Of a stretch of DNA of 43,562 nt, positions 1 to 10,200 are shown one piece after another. Under the pieces are notes generated by a model. It saw only the letters and a program-made list of their open reading frames with translations. It searched no databases and was not told the DNA's origin. The position numbers and the translations under genes were made by a program. Source of the stretch: a virus (lineage: Duplodnaviria > Caudoviricetes); the IMG/VR virus record IMGVR_UViG_3300030207_001021, positions 1 through 43,562 of that record. One strand, written 5' to 3'. The first letter of the stretch is position 1; every line of letters begins with the position of its first letter.

Positions 1-1638
1 CATTATTAAAGAAGCTTTAGTTATATCTATATCACTACCTAAGTTACGATTTTTAAATACTTTAGCCACACCAGGATGTAAAGATGGTACTAAGTTATTA
101 ACATTGTTGGCTGTCCAACGAAATTCTTTACCTTTTTCAAACCTATATGGTCTATCATTAAATTTAGATATGTCTACTTTTTTATCTAATTGTATTTTTC
201 CTAAAGCACTATCTAATTTTTTTGCTAATCTAGGATTACCTAAATCTAAAGTTACATATCTAAAATCATCTTTACCACTTAAAAAATTATCATCATCTCT
301 TAACACAATACCCATAACTGGTTTTTTAAACTTTTGTGCTAAATCTGAATTTTCTGTTGCGTCATTAATAGTTAATAATCTTTTTTTACCATCATCTCCT
401 TCAACCTCAAACATTAATTCAATACTATTAACTGTAAAATTATCTTGAGCATTCCAAAAACCAAAATCATTTTTTTGAAACTCTCCTGGCATTACCTGAG
501 TTAATTGCCCTTTGTATCCTGAACCAGCCCCCTGTTCATTATATATAGAATAAGGAGCGACATTATGTTGATACTGCATAAGTTGATAAAAATCTATTTC
601 TCCATTTTCATTTACAGGTAAAAGTTCTTTTGCTATATCCATCTCCGAGCCCATAAACATTTTTCTACTATATGCAATATGATTTTTGTTATTACCAAAG
701 TGCTCATTTATGTTAAATGGTTGTATCCATGCTATACCTTCTAAATCTTTAATTGCAGTATTATTTTGTGGGTCAGTATAGAATTGGTTAAAATCTCCTT
801 GAAAATTACCATTCATTGAGCCAAATATATTATTTAAATTTCTAGAATAACTTGTAACTTTTGAAGTTTCATCTGCTAGAGATACTTTAGCTTTTTCTAT
901 TTCTGGCGCACCTATTTTATTTTCAACGTATAATAATAAGTCTTGATAATAAGATTGAGCATCTCTACCATCTTCGCCAAAATTAGTTTTAGTATCTTTC
1001 AAATAATTTTCTAAATATTTTTCATAGTTACCTGGGTGATGTAAATAAGCAGAAACTATATCTCCCCCTGACTCTAACTCTTTTCTAATTGCTTCAGGAC
1101 TAGGTTCATCTATTTTAGCATAAGGTCCTGAATATTCAAATTTATTTAATGAACCGTTTTGCCATTTCTTGTAGTTTTGAACATCTATATCCGATATTAA
1201 AGAAGCGTCTTTATCTGCTTGGTCTAAATAAGCAAATAAAGCTTTATGGTTAGCTTTTATAATTAAAGCCTCATCACTATTTAGTACAGAGTCCCTATAT
1301 TCATTTATAAACTCTCTACCACCAGCCCTCATAAAAGCATATACATCATCTCCATATTTATTTAATTCTGCCTGAAGCTTTGCTCTAGCCTCTTCTTCTA
1401 CAGCTATCATATCTTCTTTATCTTGCGGTCTATATAAAGTAGTTAAGGCTTCAGCTTGTTTATATATATTAGATATTCTATTTTCAGCTGCTACTTTATT
1501 TTGTTCTTCTAAAACTCTGTTTTCTGTTTGAACTTGCATTTGTTTTAAAGCCATTTCTTGTTCAGCCTTAGCTCTTTGCCTTCCTTGTTGAGCTGCAGTG
1601 CCCCAGTTACCTATTATATTTAAAAAATTTTGTGACAT
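1..1638 (-). CDS. Large virion/ejected (cargo) protein, partial; runs off the left edge
   Basis: Not in the ORF track. ATG at 1638 lies just after the stop of 1644..5225. Translates MSQNFLNIIGNWGTAAQQGRQRAKAEQEMALKQMQ...; I read roughly the first 230 codons without a stop and assume it stays open to base 1. Helical N-terminus and position after the muzzle match crAss-like cargo genes. Confidence 0.7.
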   Translation of the reverse strand, partial: MSQNFLNIIGNWGTAAQQGRQRAKAEQEMALKQMQVQTENRVLEEQNKVAAENRISNIYKQAEALTTLYRPQDKEDMIAVEEEARAKLQAELNKYGDDVYAFMRAGGREFINEYRDSVLNSDEALIIKANHKALFAYLDQADKDASLISDIDVQNYKKWQNGSLNKFEYSGPYAKIDEPSPEAIRKELESGGDIVSAYLHHPGNYEKYLENYLKDTKTNFGEDGRDAQSYYQDLLLYVENKIGAPEIEKAKVSLADETSKVTSYSRNLNNIFGSMNGNFQGDFNQFYTDPQNNTAIKDLEGIAWIQPFNINEHFGNNKNHIAYSRKMFMGSEMDIAKELLPVNENGEIDFYQLMQYQHNVAPYSIYNEQGAGSGYKGQLTQVMPGEFQKNDFGFWNAQDNFTVNSIELMFEVEGDDGKKRLLTINDATENSDLAQKFKKPVMGIVLRDDDNFLSGKDDFRYVTLDLGNPRLAKKLDSALGKIQLDKKVDISKFNDRPYRFEKGKEFRWTANNVNNLVPSLHPGVAKVFKNRNLGSDIDITKASLIM

Positions 1639-1643
1639 AATTA

Positions 1644-4600
1644 TTAGTTATCTTCCTGATTTGTGTTTGTTATTTGTATATCTCCTGGAGTGTCAGTTTT
1701 TAAATTCTGAGCATCTTCTTTAAGAAATAAGTTTTTAGTCAAGTCATCAAAAACATTAGGCTTAGCTTGATTATAAGCCAAGTCCCCTAACGCTTGTCCT
1801 ATTAAGGTAGAGCCCATTGCTCCTGCTATATTAGCTTTTCTTAAAGATTCTTCGTACTCCATTTTTCTAGTAAGTTCTCCACTTCTATTAGTTAATTTTT
1901 CTTGTGTGGTTAAAGCATTACCTAATTGTTGTAAGTTTTGTCTTTTAACAGTTTGGTCCATAGCATTAAGCTTCATAAGACCATTTACCCTATTAGCGTT
2001 TAACATACCCATATTAGCTAAAAACGTTCCTCTACTACCACCAGAAGCTCTTAAAACATTTTTAGTGCCCACTGAATAAGCTTCAGCTAAATCATTTTTA
2101 GCAGCAGCCATTTCTTCTGCAGAAAGACCAGTTTCAGATAAATGCTTTACTCTATCTATATAACTTTTAAAAGATTGACTTATTTCAGGAGCATCACCTA
2201 TAGGTAAAGTTTTCATAGCTAAACCTAATCCAGCTGCCCCTCCAGCTACTTTTAACATAGTAATAGCATTGTCAGCTTCTTTTATAAGTTTATCATCTTG
2301 TTCTTCGTTAAGATTTTTGTTGTGTGTATCTTTTGCATCATTAGATGTTTGTATGCCATCCTCTCTATCTCTAGTTACCTTACGAGCATCTGCATACAAA
2401 GATTCATATTGTGAACCCTCAACCTTTTGGTCAATACCAGAAAAATCTTCTGGAAAGCCATTTGCTTTTCTATGTTTTAAATACTCATCTTCATTTCCAA
2501 ATGCAGTTATAACTCTTTTATCTTTATCTTTTGGGTCTACAGTATTCCAATAAACAGTTCCATCTGCACCCACAGCATAAAAACCTTCTGACTTTTCACC
2601 TGGAGTAACAGTAACAGTAGGACTCCAACCATCTGGAGCTTCATTAAGATTTTCATATAACTGAGTACCTGTTATGTTACCTTCGGCTCCAGACACCACA
2701 TTCATTACTCCGTCTGCAAATCTATTATCATTTTGCACACCAAATAAAAAAGCGTCAAATATATCTCTATCTTCTTGTGTTACCGCATCAGATGATTGAA
2801 ACATTTCATAAGCTCTACCTGGAACAAAAACATACGCTCCGTTTTTCTTTTCAAAATAACCAAAATCTTGGTCTCCAAAATTAGACTCTACTACTAACTT
2901 GTCACCTTCAGCCCTAATTCCTTTTACTTTTATTGCGCCATCTCGCCCAGTTATTTCTTGTCCATCTTTTAATATTCTAGCTAATCCTTCTTCTGTGCTA
3001 GATATAGATATTCTACCAATCAGTTCTTCTTTTCCTGATAATGGATTACTCCATTCATTTACCGTTTCCTCATTAACAGAAACAGCACCACCTTTAAAAG
3101 CATCTGATGCTCCAAAGTTATTTATAAGTTTATTATATCTTTTATCAGAGTTTTCTCTAGATTGGTCTGCAGGTCTTTCAAAGTGCTTCATAAAATGATA
3201 TGTAGCATCTTGTTCTGTATCAAAATCTTTACCTAGATAGCTTACTAGACCTGGGTCTTTTTCTACATCTAAAGTATAATCTATCTGACCTTTCCAATTT
3301 GTTTCCCAATCATCTCCTACAGATTTTTTCATTCTATCAAATCTACCTTCTCCCTCTTCAGCTTCTTCTGAATTGTGGTGTTGAAACAAACCACCTGAAG
3401 TTCCATTATCTCCAATAGCACCAATATTAAAACTAGATTCACCCGCTATATTAGCAAGCATACCCATAGCGTGAGTATGAGATAATCCTTTTTCCTTAGT
3501 TAAGTAATTATAAATCTCTTGTGGGTCTGCTGTGTTTTGTTTTCCCTTAGGAGCCTCATCTTTTGGTTTTTGACTTTGTTGATATTCAGCATATTTTTGT
3601 TCTGCATTTTTAGACTCTGTACTATAGTAATTATTAAAAAATTCTTCAGCATTTTCTTTTTTATAATCTACAGTATTTAAATTGTTTTTTCTTATAAATT
3701 TATCTACATAAAAATTTCTATTACCTTCGTATATACTTGGGTAAGGATTTTCTTGAATTCCAGGCTGTTTTCCTATACTCTTACCTGTAATACCGCCTGG
3801 AACAAATTTATTAAAAAACTTTCCTTCATGAACAAAATAATCATATATACCATCTTCTTTTAATTGTTCTATATAAGATTTAGGAACAAAGTTTTCACTA
3901 TAATTTAATAAGCTTTCTCTAGGATTTGGTGTTTGTAACGATGAATAAAACATTTTATGATTGTAATTTCCATCTTGCATCATGTTTAATAAATTGGAAT
4001 CTTTTATTAAAGCACTTGGTTCTTCTCCTGTTATATTTATAGCATAATCATTTCCCTTAGTAGTGCTTACTAAGTAATCTATAATTGCTCTTTTTTTACC
4101 TAATTCTTCTGTGTTAGAATTACTTAATTCTTTTAATGACTTTATAGTGCCCATGTCATCAGCATCAAAAGAAAGTCTTTCTTGCATAAATTTTACATAC
4201 AAGTTTCTGTTTCTATCATCATCACGAGTAACTTTTTCTCCTTTTAATTCTGGTAATTCATTATTTCCCTCTAACCAATTATTAAATAATTTTGTGTTTT
4301 CAAATATTTGTTTGTCTAATTCTTTTTTTTCATTATCACTTAATTCGTGAACATGTGTAGCAAAACGCTGAAGTTCTTTGTTTGCTTTTAGAACTTTTTT
4401 TCCCTCTACAGCTTTTGTATCTAAAAAGTCATTTACAGACTTTCCTTCTCCTCTAGGTGGAGGTTTGTCTTTAGGGTCATTTTTAATAACTGGAGGTGGA
4501 TTGCCTACAGTTATACCTTTGTATATATTATCTAAATTAGGCAACGTATCAGTTTGAAAAGCACTATCAGGGCTTATATCATATACAGAACCCAATTCAC

Positions 4601-5225
4601 TATGTGGTATTTTAGTGTTTTCTATTTGTTTTAATATGCTTTTATATTCTTCACTATTAGTGTACTCGTTAGCTTTGTAACTATTGTTTCTATTACCATA
4701 AACAAAAGCTCCACCTTTTGCCCAATTTACATCTACATGTACACCATTTTCGTAAAACTTATAACTTCTTTCTTTTTTATCTTCGTTAAATATACTAGGG
4801 TGAAAAAAGTCTATATGAAAATGAGCATTGCTTCCACTACCGCCTCTACCTCTTTCATCTAATATTCTAGCATTATGTTTTTCTAACCATTTTTTTCCTT
4901 CTTCCGTTAGTGTTAATTTTCTATTATTGTCTTTGTTAAAGTTGTCACCCATTTGACTTTTGGGTAGGTGTTTATAATCAGAAAAAAAGAAATCAATTAC
5001 CTCTCTATATTTTTCATCGTGAACATTTATATCAATAGCACTTGCATAAGCATGAGAAGATTTAACATTATGAATGTCGTGCCCCTCATCTCTAAATACA
5101 CTATTAAAATAAAAATTAGAATTTTGTCCCATTTGACCAATTAAGTCAAACAGACCAACCATAGCATGTTCTGATAAATGCATTTTGCTATGTTCGTGTT
5201 CGCTGTGTTTTCCTTTTACACCCAT
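1644..5225 (-). CDS. Virion cargo protein with N-terminal M15/Hedgehog-type Zn peptidase and central phage tail lysozyme domain
   Basis: SSHAYASAIDI...HFHI fits the SxHxxxxAxD...HxH motif. IYNYL..GLS..AMGMLANIAGESSFN..A.GDNGTSGGLFQ...HFERP fits Phage_lysozyme2. Gly/Ala-rich helical C-terminus. Confidence 0.75.
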   Translation of the reverse strand: MGVKGKHSEHEHSKMHLSEHAMVGLFDLIGQMGQNSNFYFNSVFRDEGHDIHNVKSSHAYASAIDINVHDEKYREVIDFFFSDYKHLPKSQMGDNFNKDNNRKLTLTEEGKKWLEKHNARILDERGRGGSGSNAHFHIDFFHPSIFNEDKKERSYKFYENGVHVDVNWAKGGAFVYGNRNNSYKANEYTNSEEYKSILKQIENTKIPHSELGSVYDISPDSAFQTDTLPNLDNIYKGITVGNPPPVIKNDPKDKPPPRGEGKSVNDFLDTKAVEGKKVLKANKELQRFATHVHELSDNEKKELDKQIFENTKLFNNWLEGNNELPELKGEKVTRDDDRNRNLYVKFMQERLSFDADDMGTIKSLKELSNSNTEELGKKRAIIDYLVSTTKGNDYAINITGEEPSALIKDSNLLNMMQDGNYNHKMFYSSLQTPNPRESLLNYSENFVPKSYIEQLKEDGIYDYFVHEGKFFNKFVPGGITGKSIGKQPGIQENPYPSIYEGNRNFYVDKFIRKNNLNTVDYKKENAEEFFNNYYSTESKNAEQKYAEYQQSQKPKDEAPKGKQNTADPQEIYNYLTKEKGLSHTHAMGMLANIAGESSFNIGAIGDNGTSGGLFQHHNSEEAEEGEGRFDRMKKSVGDDWETNWKGQIDYTLDVEKDPGLVSYLGKDFDTEQDATYHFMKHFERPADQSRENSDKRYNKLINNFGASDAFKGGAVSVNEETVNEWSNPLSGKEELIGRISISSTEEGLARILKDGQEITGRDGAIKVKGIRAEGDKLVVESNFGDQDFGYFEKKNGAYVFVPGRAYEMFQSSDAVTQEDRDIFDAFLFGVQNDNRFADGVMNVVSGAEGNITGTQLYENLNEAPDGWSPTVTVTPGEKSEGFYAVGADGTVYWNTVDPKDKDKRVITAFGNEDEYLKHRKANGFPEDFSGIDQKVEGSQYESLYADARKVTRDREDGIQTSNDAKDTHNKNLNEEQDDKLIKEADNAITMLKVAGGAAGLGLAMKTLPIGDAPEISQSFKSYIDRVKHLSETGLSAEEMAAAKNDLAEAYSVGTKNVLRASGGSRGTFLANMGMLNANRVNGLMKLNAMDQTVKRQNLQQLGNALTTQEKLTNRSGELTRKMEYEESLRKANIAGAMGSTLIGQALGDLAYNQAKPNVFDDLTKNLFLKEDAQNLKTDTPGDIQITNTNQEDN

Positions 5226-5226
5226 A

Positions 5227-7194
5227 TTACATTTTACCTATTCTATTTAACATTGATTTTATATAAGGACTTGACATATCCATATCACCTAACATGCCCC
5301 CTCTACCAAACTTCACACCACCACCAGCTTGATTTATTTTAGATAAGATGTCTTTAAACATTTTAGTAGATTTTTTGTTAATTACAGCTTCTCCTCCTTC
5401 TAATTCTACTACCTCTCCTCCTACATCAAACTTAACACCTCCATTTTTGTGACTAGGTCCTTTTACCATTCCACCTGATTTATATGAATACTTTAACATT
5501 TCAGGTCTTCTACTTTCTGTAGTTCCCCCCTCTAAATATCTTTTATATGTATCAGATAAATAAGGACTAAGGTTAGAAGGTATTTTACCACCTCCAGCAA
5601 ATCTTCTGTTTGTCATCATAGGATTTACATTAGGATTCATAAATTGTAATAGTGGGTTAAAGTAAGCTTTTTCAGAATCAGGAACAAAAGAAACATTTTT
5701 ATTTCTACCACCATGGAGTTCTCTTGCTCTTGCGCTACTTTCTAAATCTTCTATATCTTGTGATATTTCACTAAACACTTGCTCTCCAACAACACCTGGT
5801 AATTTTTCTTGTTGTTTTTGTTTTGCAAATTGTCTTCTAGCATCTTGCATAAGTTTTTTTCTACCAAATAATTTAGCAAATCCACCTACGGCAGCTAAAG
5901 GATTACCTGTTAATAAACCTGCTCCTATCTGACCAACATCTTGTATTTTACCTAATTTATCTGCCGCAGTTTCTTCAGGCACGCCTCCAGGGTTTTGATT
6001 ACCAGCTCCTTGTAAAGCATTACCTAAAAATGACATAATTGCCTGTCCACCTAAACCTCCACCTCCTGAGCCACCTGGACCTCCACTAAACATATTAGAT
6101 ATATTACCAGCCATGTCAGATGTTCCATCAAATAAACTTTTAAAACCACCTCCTTTTATAAAGTCTCCAATAGATTGACCTTCAGGAAGATTTGTTTTTA
6201 AAAATTTTCTCATTTGATTTAACTGTGGTCCAGTAAACTGTGAAATATCTACACCAAAAGATTGAGCCATTTCATCTATGTCGGTAATACCTTTAGATGT
6301 TTTTCCAAATAATTTTTGTAATAATGGTCCTGGTCCTTTTTGAAATCCACTTTCAGTTTTACCTTCTTGGGGTATTCCTAGTTTTTTTATAAAATCTATT
6401 ACCTTTCTTCTATTTTTTGCTCTTATAGGAGCTTTATCTGCAAAGCCAAAATCAAATCTGTCTCCATCTTGTTTATCTGCAGGGGCATCTAAAACAGAAG
6501 CGTCTTGATTCATTAGTTGTGATAAAATAGTTGTTAGTTGATTTTTAGGTAAATTATTAAAAAGTTGATTTAAATCCATATTGTTTAAATCTACATTACC
6601 TAAATTTTTTAATAAATCTTGAATTGGATTTTCTGTAGCAACAAAATTTTCACCTTCAGGCGAATCTATATTTTCCGTATCATCAGGAACAAAACTTTCT
6701 TCTTCTTCTGGTGGTGGAGTTTGACCAGGTATTACTAATTGATTACCTGTAAATATTCTATTTTTATCTTCTATATAAGGATTAGCTTCCATCAACGCAT
6801 CTACAGTAGTATCAAATTGTTGAGCTAATGCTGATAATGTGTCCCCTCTTTTTATTGTATATGTTTCTCCTTCTGGCTCATCTAGATTAACATCATCGTC
6901 TTTAGGGCCTTCTTCTTTCTTAGGGTCAGGGTCTCCCTCTAATTCTTTTAATATGTCATCTAAACCAGGAATCATACTAATCATAGTTTTAAAATCAGTA
7001 TCATCATATGTAAATGGCTGGTTTGCACTTGATATTTGTGGCCCCATAATTTCACCAAAGTTTTCTCTAACTAGAGAAAGCACATCTTTTGGGTCCATTT
7101 TAGCTAAATCATCAAATGACATATTTAGTTTTTCTGCTAACCCTAGAGGGCTGCTGTCCATAGCTGATGCTAGTTTTTTTATTAGTTCGTTCAT
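5227..7194 (-). CDS. LysM-containing virion cargo protein
   Basis: LysM motif YTIKRGDTLSALAQQFDTTVDALMEANPYIEDKNRIFTGNQLVIP. C-terminal GGMVKGPSHKNGG...ELEGGEAVINKKS motif typical of Bacteroidota phage ejection/tape-measure proteins. Confidence 0.75.
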   Translation of the reverse strand: MNELIKKLASAMDSSPLGLAEKLNMSFDDLAKMDPKDVLSLVRENFGEIMGPQISSANQPFTYDDTDFKTMISMIPGLDDILKELEGDPDPKKEEGPKDDDVNLDEPEGETYTIKRGDTLSALAQQFDTTVDALMEANPYIEDKNRIFTGNQLVIPGQTPPPEEEESFVPDDTENIDSPEGENFVATENPIQDLLKNLGNVDLNNMDLNQLFNNLPKNQLTTILSQLMNQDASVLDAPADKQDGDRFDFGFADKAPIRAKNRRKVIDFIKKLGIPQEGKTESGFQKGPGPLLQKLFGKTSKGITDIDEMAQSFGVDISQFTGPQLNQMRKFLKTNLPEGQSIGDFIKGGGFKSLFDGTSDMAGNISNMFSGGPGGSGGGGLGGQAIMSFLGNALQGAGNQNPGGVPEETAADKLGKIQDVGQIGAGLLTGNPLAAVGGFAKLFGRKKLMQDARRQFAKQKQQEKLPGVVGEQVFSEISQDIEDLESSARARELHGGRNKNVSFVPDSEKAYFNPLLQFMNPNVNPMMTNRRFAGGGKIPSNLSPYLSDTYKRYLEGGTTESRRPEMLKYSYKSGGMVKGPSHKNGGVKFDVGGEVVELEGGEAVINKKSTKMFKDILSKINQAGGGVKFGRGGMLGDMDMSSPYIKSMLNRIGKM

Positions 7195-7205
7195 TTTATT
7201 TTTTT

Positions 7206-10200
7206 TTATATCCTAGAAGGCCTGTAAAAAGGCACTACAGAAAATATGTTAAATTTCTCGTTTTTAATATTTACCTCTGCTCCACTTGGGTGAGTGTTAT
7301 CTTGTGACCAACCCATAGTTAATCTTGCTGTAGCATAATTACCCCTTACTTTACCCTGTGGTCCATTCGGACCATCTAGCTCTCTCATTGGTACAAAATG
7401 AAATCCATCTTTTACTGTATACCAAGTTCTTATTTGTCCATCTGCTATGTTATCAGTGTTTGCATACTCCTCACTACCATCATCAAATTGTGTTATAGTG
7501 TCTATATTTGCACCACCTTTAAATGCAAATTTACGAAAATAATTATATCTATATCCTGCCTCTGTATCTGAATTCATAGACAGCTGTATTTTATCATATA
7601 TTTTACTTTGAATTGGTATGTCATTAAAAGCAAATTCTACTTCAAAAGGTTCTTTAAATTCTTCTTGTTCATCTACAAATTGCCATATATAATAATCAAT
7701 TCCAGAAAAAGTTAAATATTTATTTTGAGTACCGTCTTGTCCGTTTGCTAAAAACACTCTATCGTTAGTTGCGTTAGCTGAAGATTCACTTATCTCTGAC
7801 CTTATATCATGCACTGAATACATTCTTGCCTTATGGTTAAAATATAATCCAGGTGTTTTTGAAAGGAATGTAGTAAAAGCATCTAAATTTTCATTGTAAA
7901 CTATAGTTTTTGGTGGTTCTCCTGCAGCTTGCATAGTCAATAATATTTCTGCATTTTCTGGGTCGTATCCTATAGATATACCACCAGGCTTCATTGCTAA
8001 GTCAATTACATTTTGTTGTGCTGGAGAAAGCTCATCATATACACCAAAACCTATAGTAACTGCAGCTCCAGCTGCACTTTGTTGATATTGAGTTGTATAC
8101 CATGAAGATAAATAATCGTTATAATTTGCAGTAGGTGATAAGTCAGCAGTTAATATAGTTAAAGGATTGTCGTTTATGGTTTTGTTTTTATACTCATTAA
8201 AATATGATTGCATTAAAGCTGTTTCGCCAAGAGACATAGCTCCAAACCCACCTTTCTTTCCTCTACCTAATTTAATAAACTTACTATGATTATCGTCATA
8301 ATAATAAGCTGCTTGGTCTGATACTGCTAGTCCATGAAAATGTTGACTTCCAAAATTGCTTATATAATCATGTCTTTCTATAACATTTCCTGTTCCTGTA
8401 ACAGCTTGTATAGAAGCCCCATCTTGCGTGGGTATTAAAACTCTAGGATTTACACTTAATAAACAAGTACCTGAATTTTGTAAAGCAAACAACTTATCAT
8501 TTAAATCAAACATTTGTGTAATAGGACCTTTGTTATAATCTAAGTCTCTAAATTGATTTGGTGGAAAAATAGCAAAACTATCGGATATCTCACCTGTATT
8601 TTTAACTTCTGAAAAAGCTACAGTAGAGGGCCAATGCTCTGCTCCTTTCCAATCTAATGGTTTAGGAACTAAAGATAAAGCATTATTTTCTGAATCATAA
8701 TCTTTATTATAGTTTGTATCATCAGCTCTATATCTAGGTATATTATTATTGTGCGTTCCATAATAAAAACCATGCCTAAGTTCTAAATTGTATTCACATT
8801 CTATTGGTATATGACTGCCATAAAATACACACTTTTCTTCTGTAATTGTAGGGTTCCATGATTTTTTATACGAATGATATCCTATGTAAGTATCTCCTCC
8901 AAAAACTGCACTACCATTAAGACCTACTTTTTGAAAAGACTGACCTGTATTTGCTTGATATATAGGGGTAAAGTGACCTGTCAACTGAAAATTATTTCTA
9001 GAAAAATCTCCTAAAGTGTCTCCACCATATAATGTATCATAACTATGAAGTTTATGTATAGAAGCTACGGTAACTTCTGGAGCCCAATGACCAGCTCCTG
9101 CTTGATTTACTCCTGTTACTTGCGGAATAGCACCTCCATCTACTGCACCAACATTAGTGCTCCATCCCATTTTTCTATCAAAGCTTTCTACTTGATTTCC
9201 ATTATCTAAATTTTGCCTTACAAGAGGCATCATACCAGAACGTGCGTTGTCTATAGAAACCACTATAGTTTTATTATTATAAGCATATGGGGCAGATTCT
9301 TGCACAGAAGAAACCCCATACAATCCATTTGGATACATATCCCAAGTGTTATCAAAAAATTTTTGTTGTGCATTAAATAAGCCATCACTTACGCCCCATA
9401 AATTTACATGAAAATGTGCATTTCTATAATTAAAATTAGAACCTAAATCTACATTAGAAACCTCTTCGTTAGGAACTACAACTTTTTGAAAAGTAATATC
9501 AGTTGCAATAAATTGATTTATATTAGTTTGCGGCAATGCATCTTTAGGTCTATTATCACTTGTCGCTGGGTCGTCTAACCTTCCTAAATTTTTAAATGGT
9601 ACATATGCAGCAGGTTGTGAAACTTCTCCATTATATGGTATGGAACTGCTTGGGTAACCCAAACCATTTAAAAGTCCTAAATCTTGACTACTCATCATTC
9701 CATATTGAGGATAACAAGAAACTCTTTTAGGGTAATATTTTGTTTGATAACCTAATGTTACGTCTGCCATCATATAATTGTTAGGAGATTGCCAAAAATT
9801 ATTTTCTTCTACCAAAGAATTTATACTAGCAAAAGGACTACCTTCTCCTTCACACATATCTCTTGTAGGAGTATGGTTATCGTTTGGAGCTCCAACCTGA
9901 TTAGGAAATAATACATTCCACCCACCAATATCTGCATCTAAATCACCGTCTGCAAAATTTATACTTTCACCTCCTTGCAATCTTTCTCTATGTATAAGAG
10001 AAGCAAAAACATTTACTGAATGCCCCGTCATAACAAACTCATTCCAACTAGGTCCTAAAACTTGGTCGTATGGCCCAGGATTTCTAGAACCATCAGCTAA
10101 ATCTGCAGTTAAAATCATCCCCTTGTCTTTAATGCCACCTAATGAAACATTTTGTTTTTGGCAAAATTGTGACTCTACTATTTTTATTCTATTATTACCT

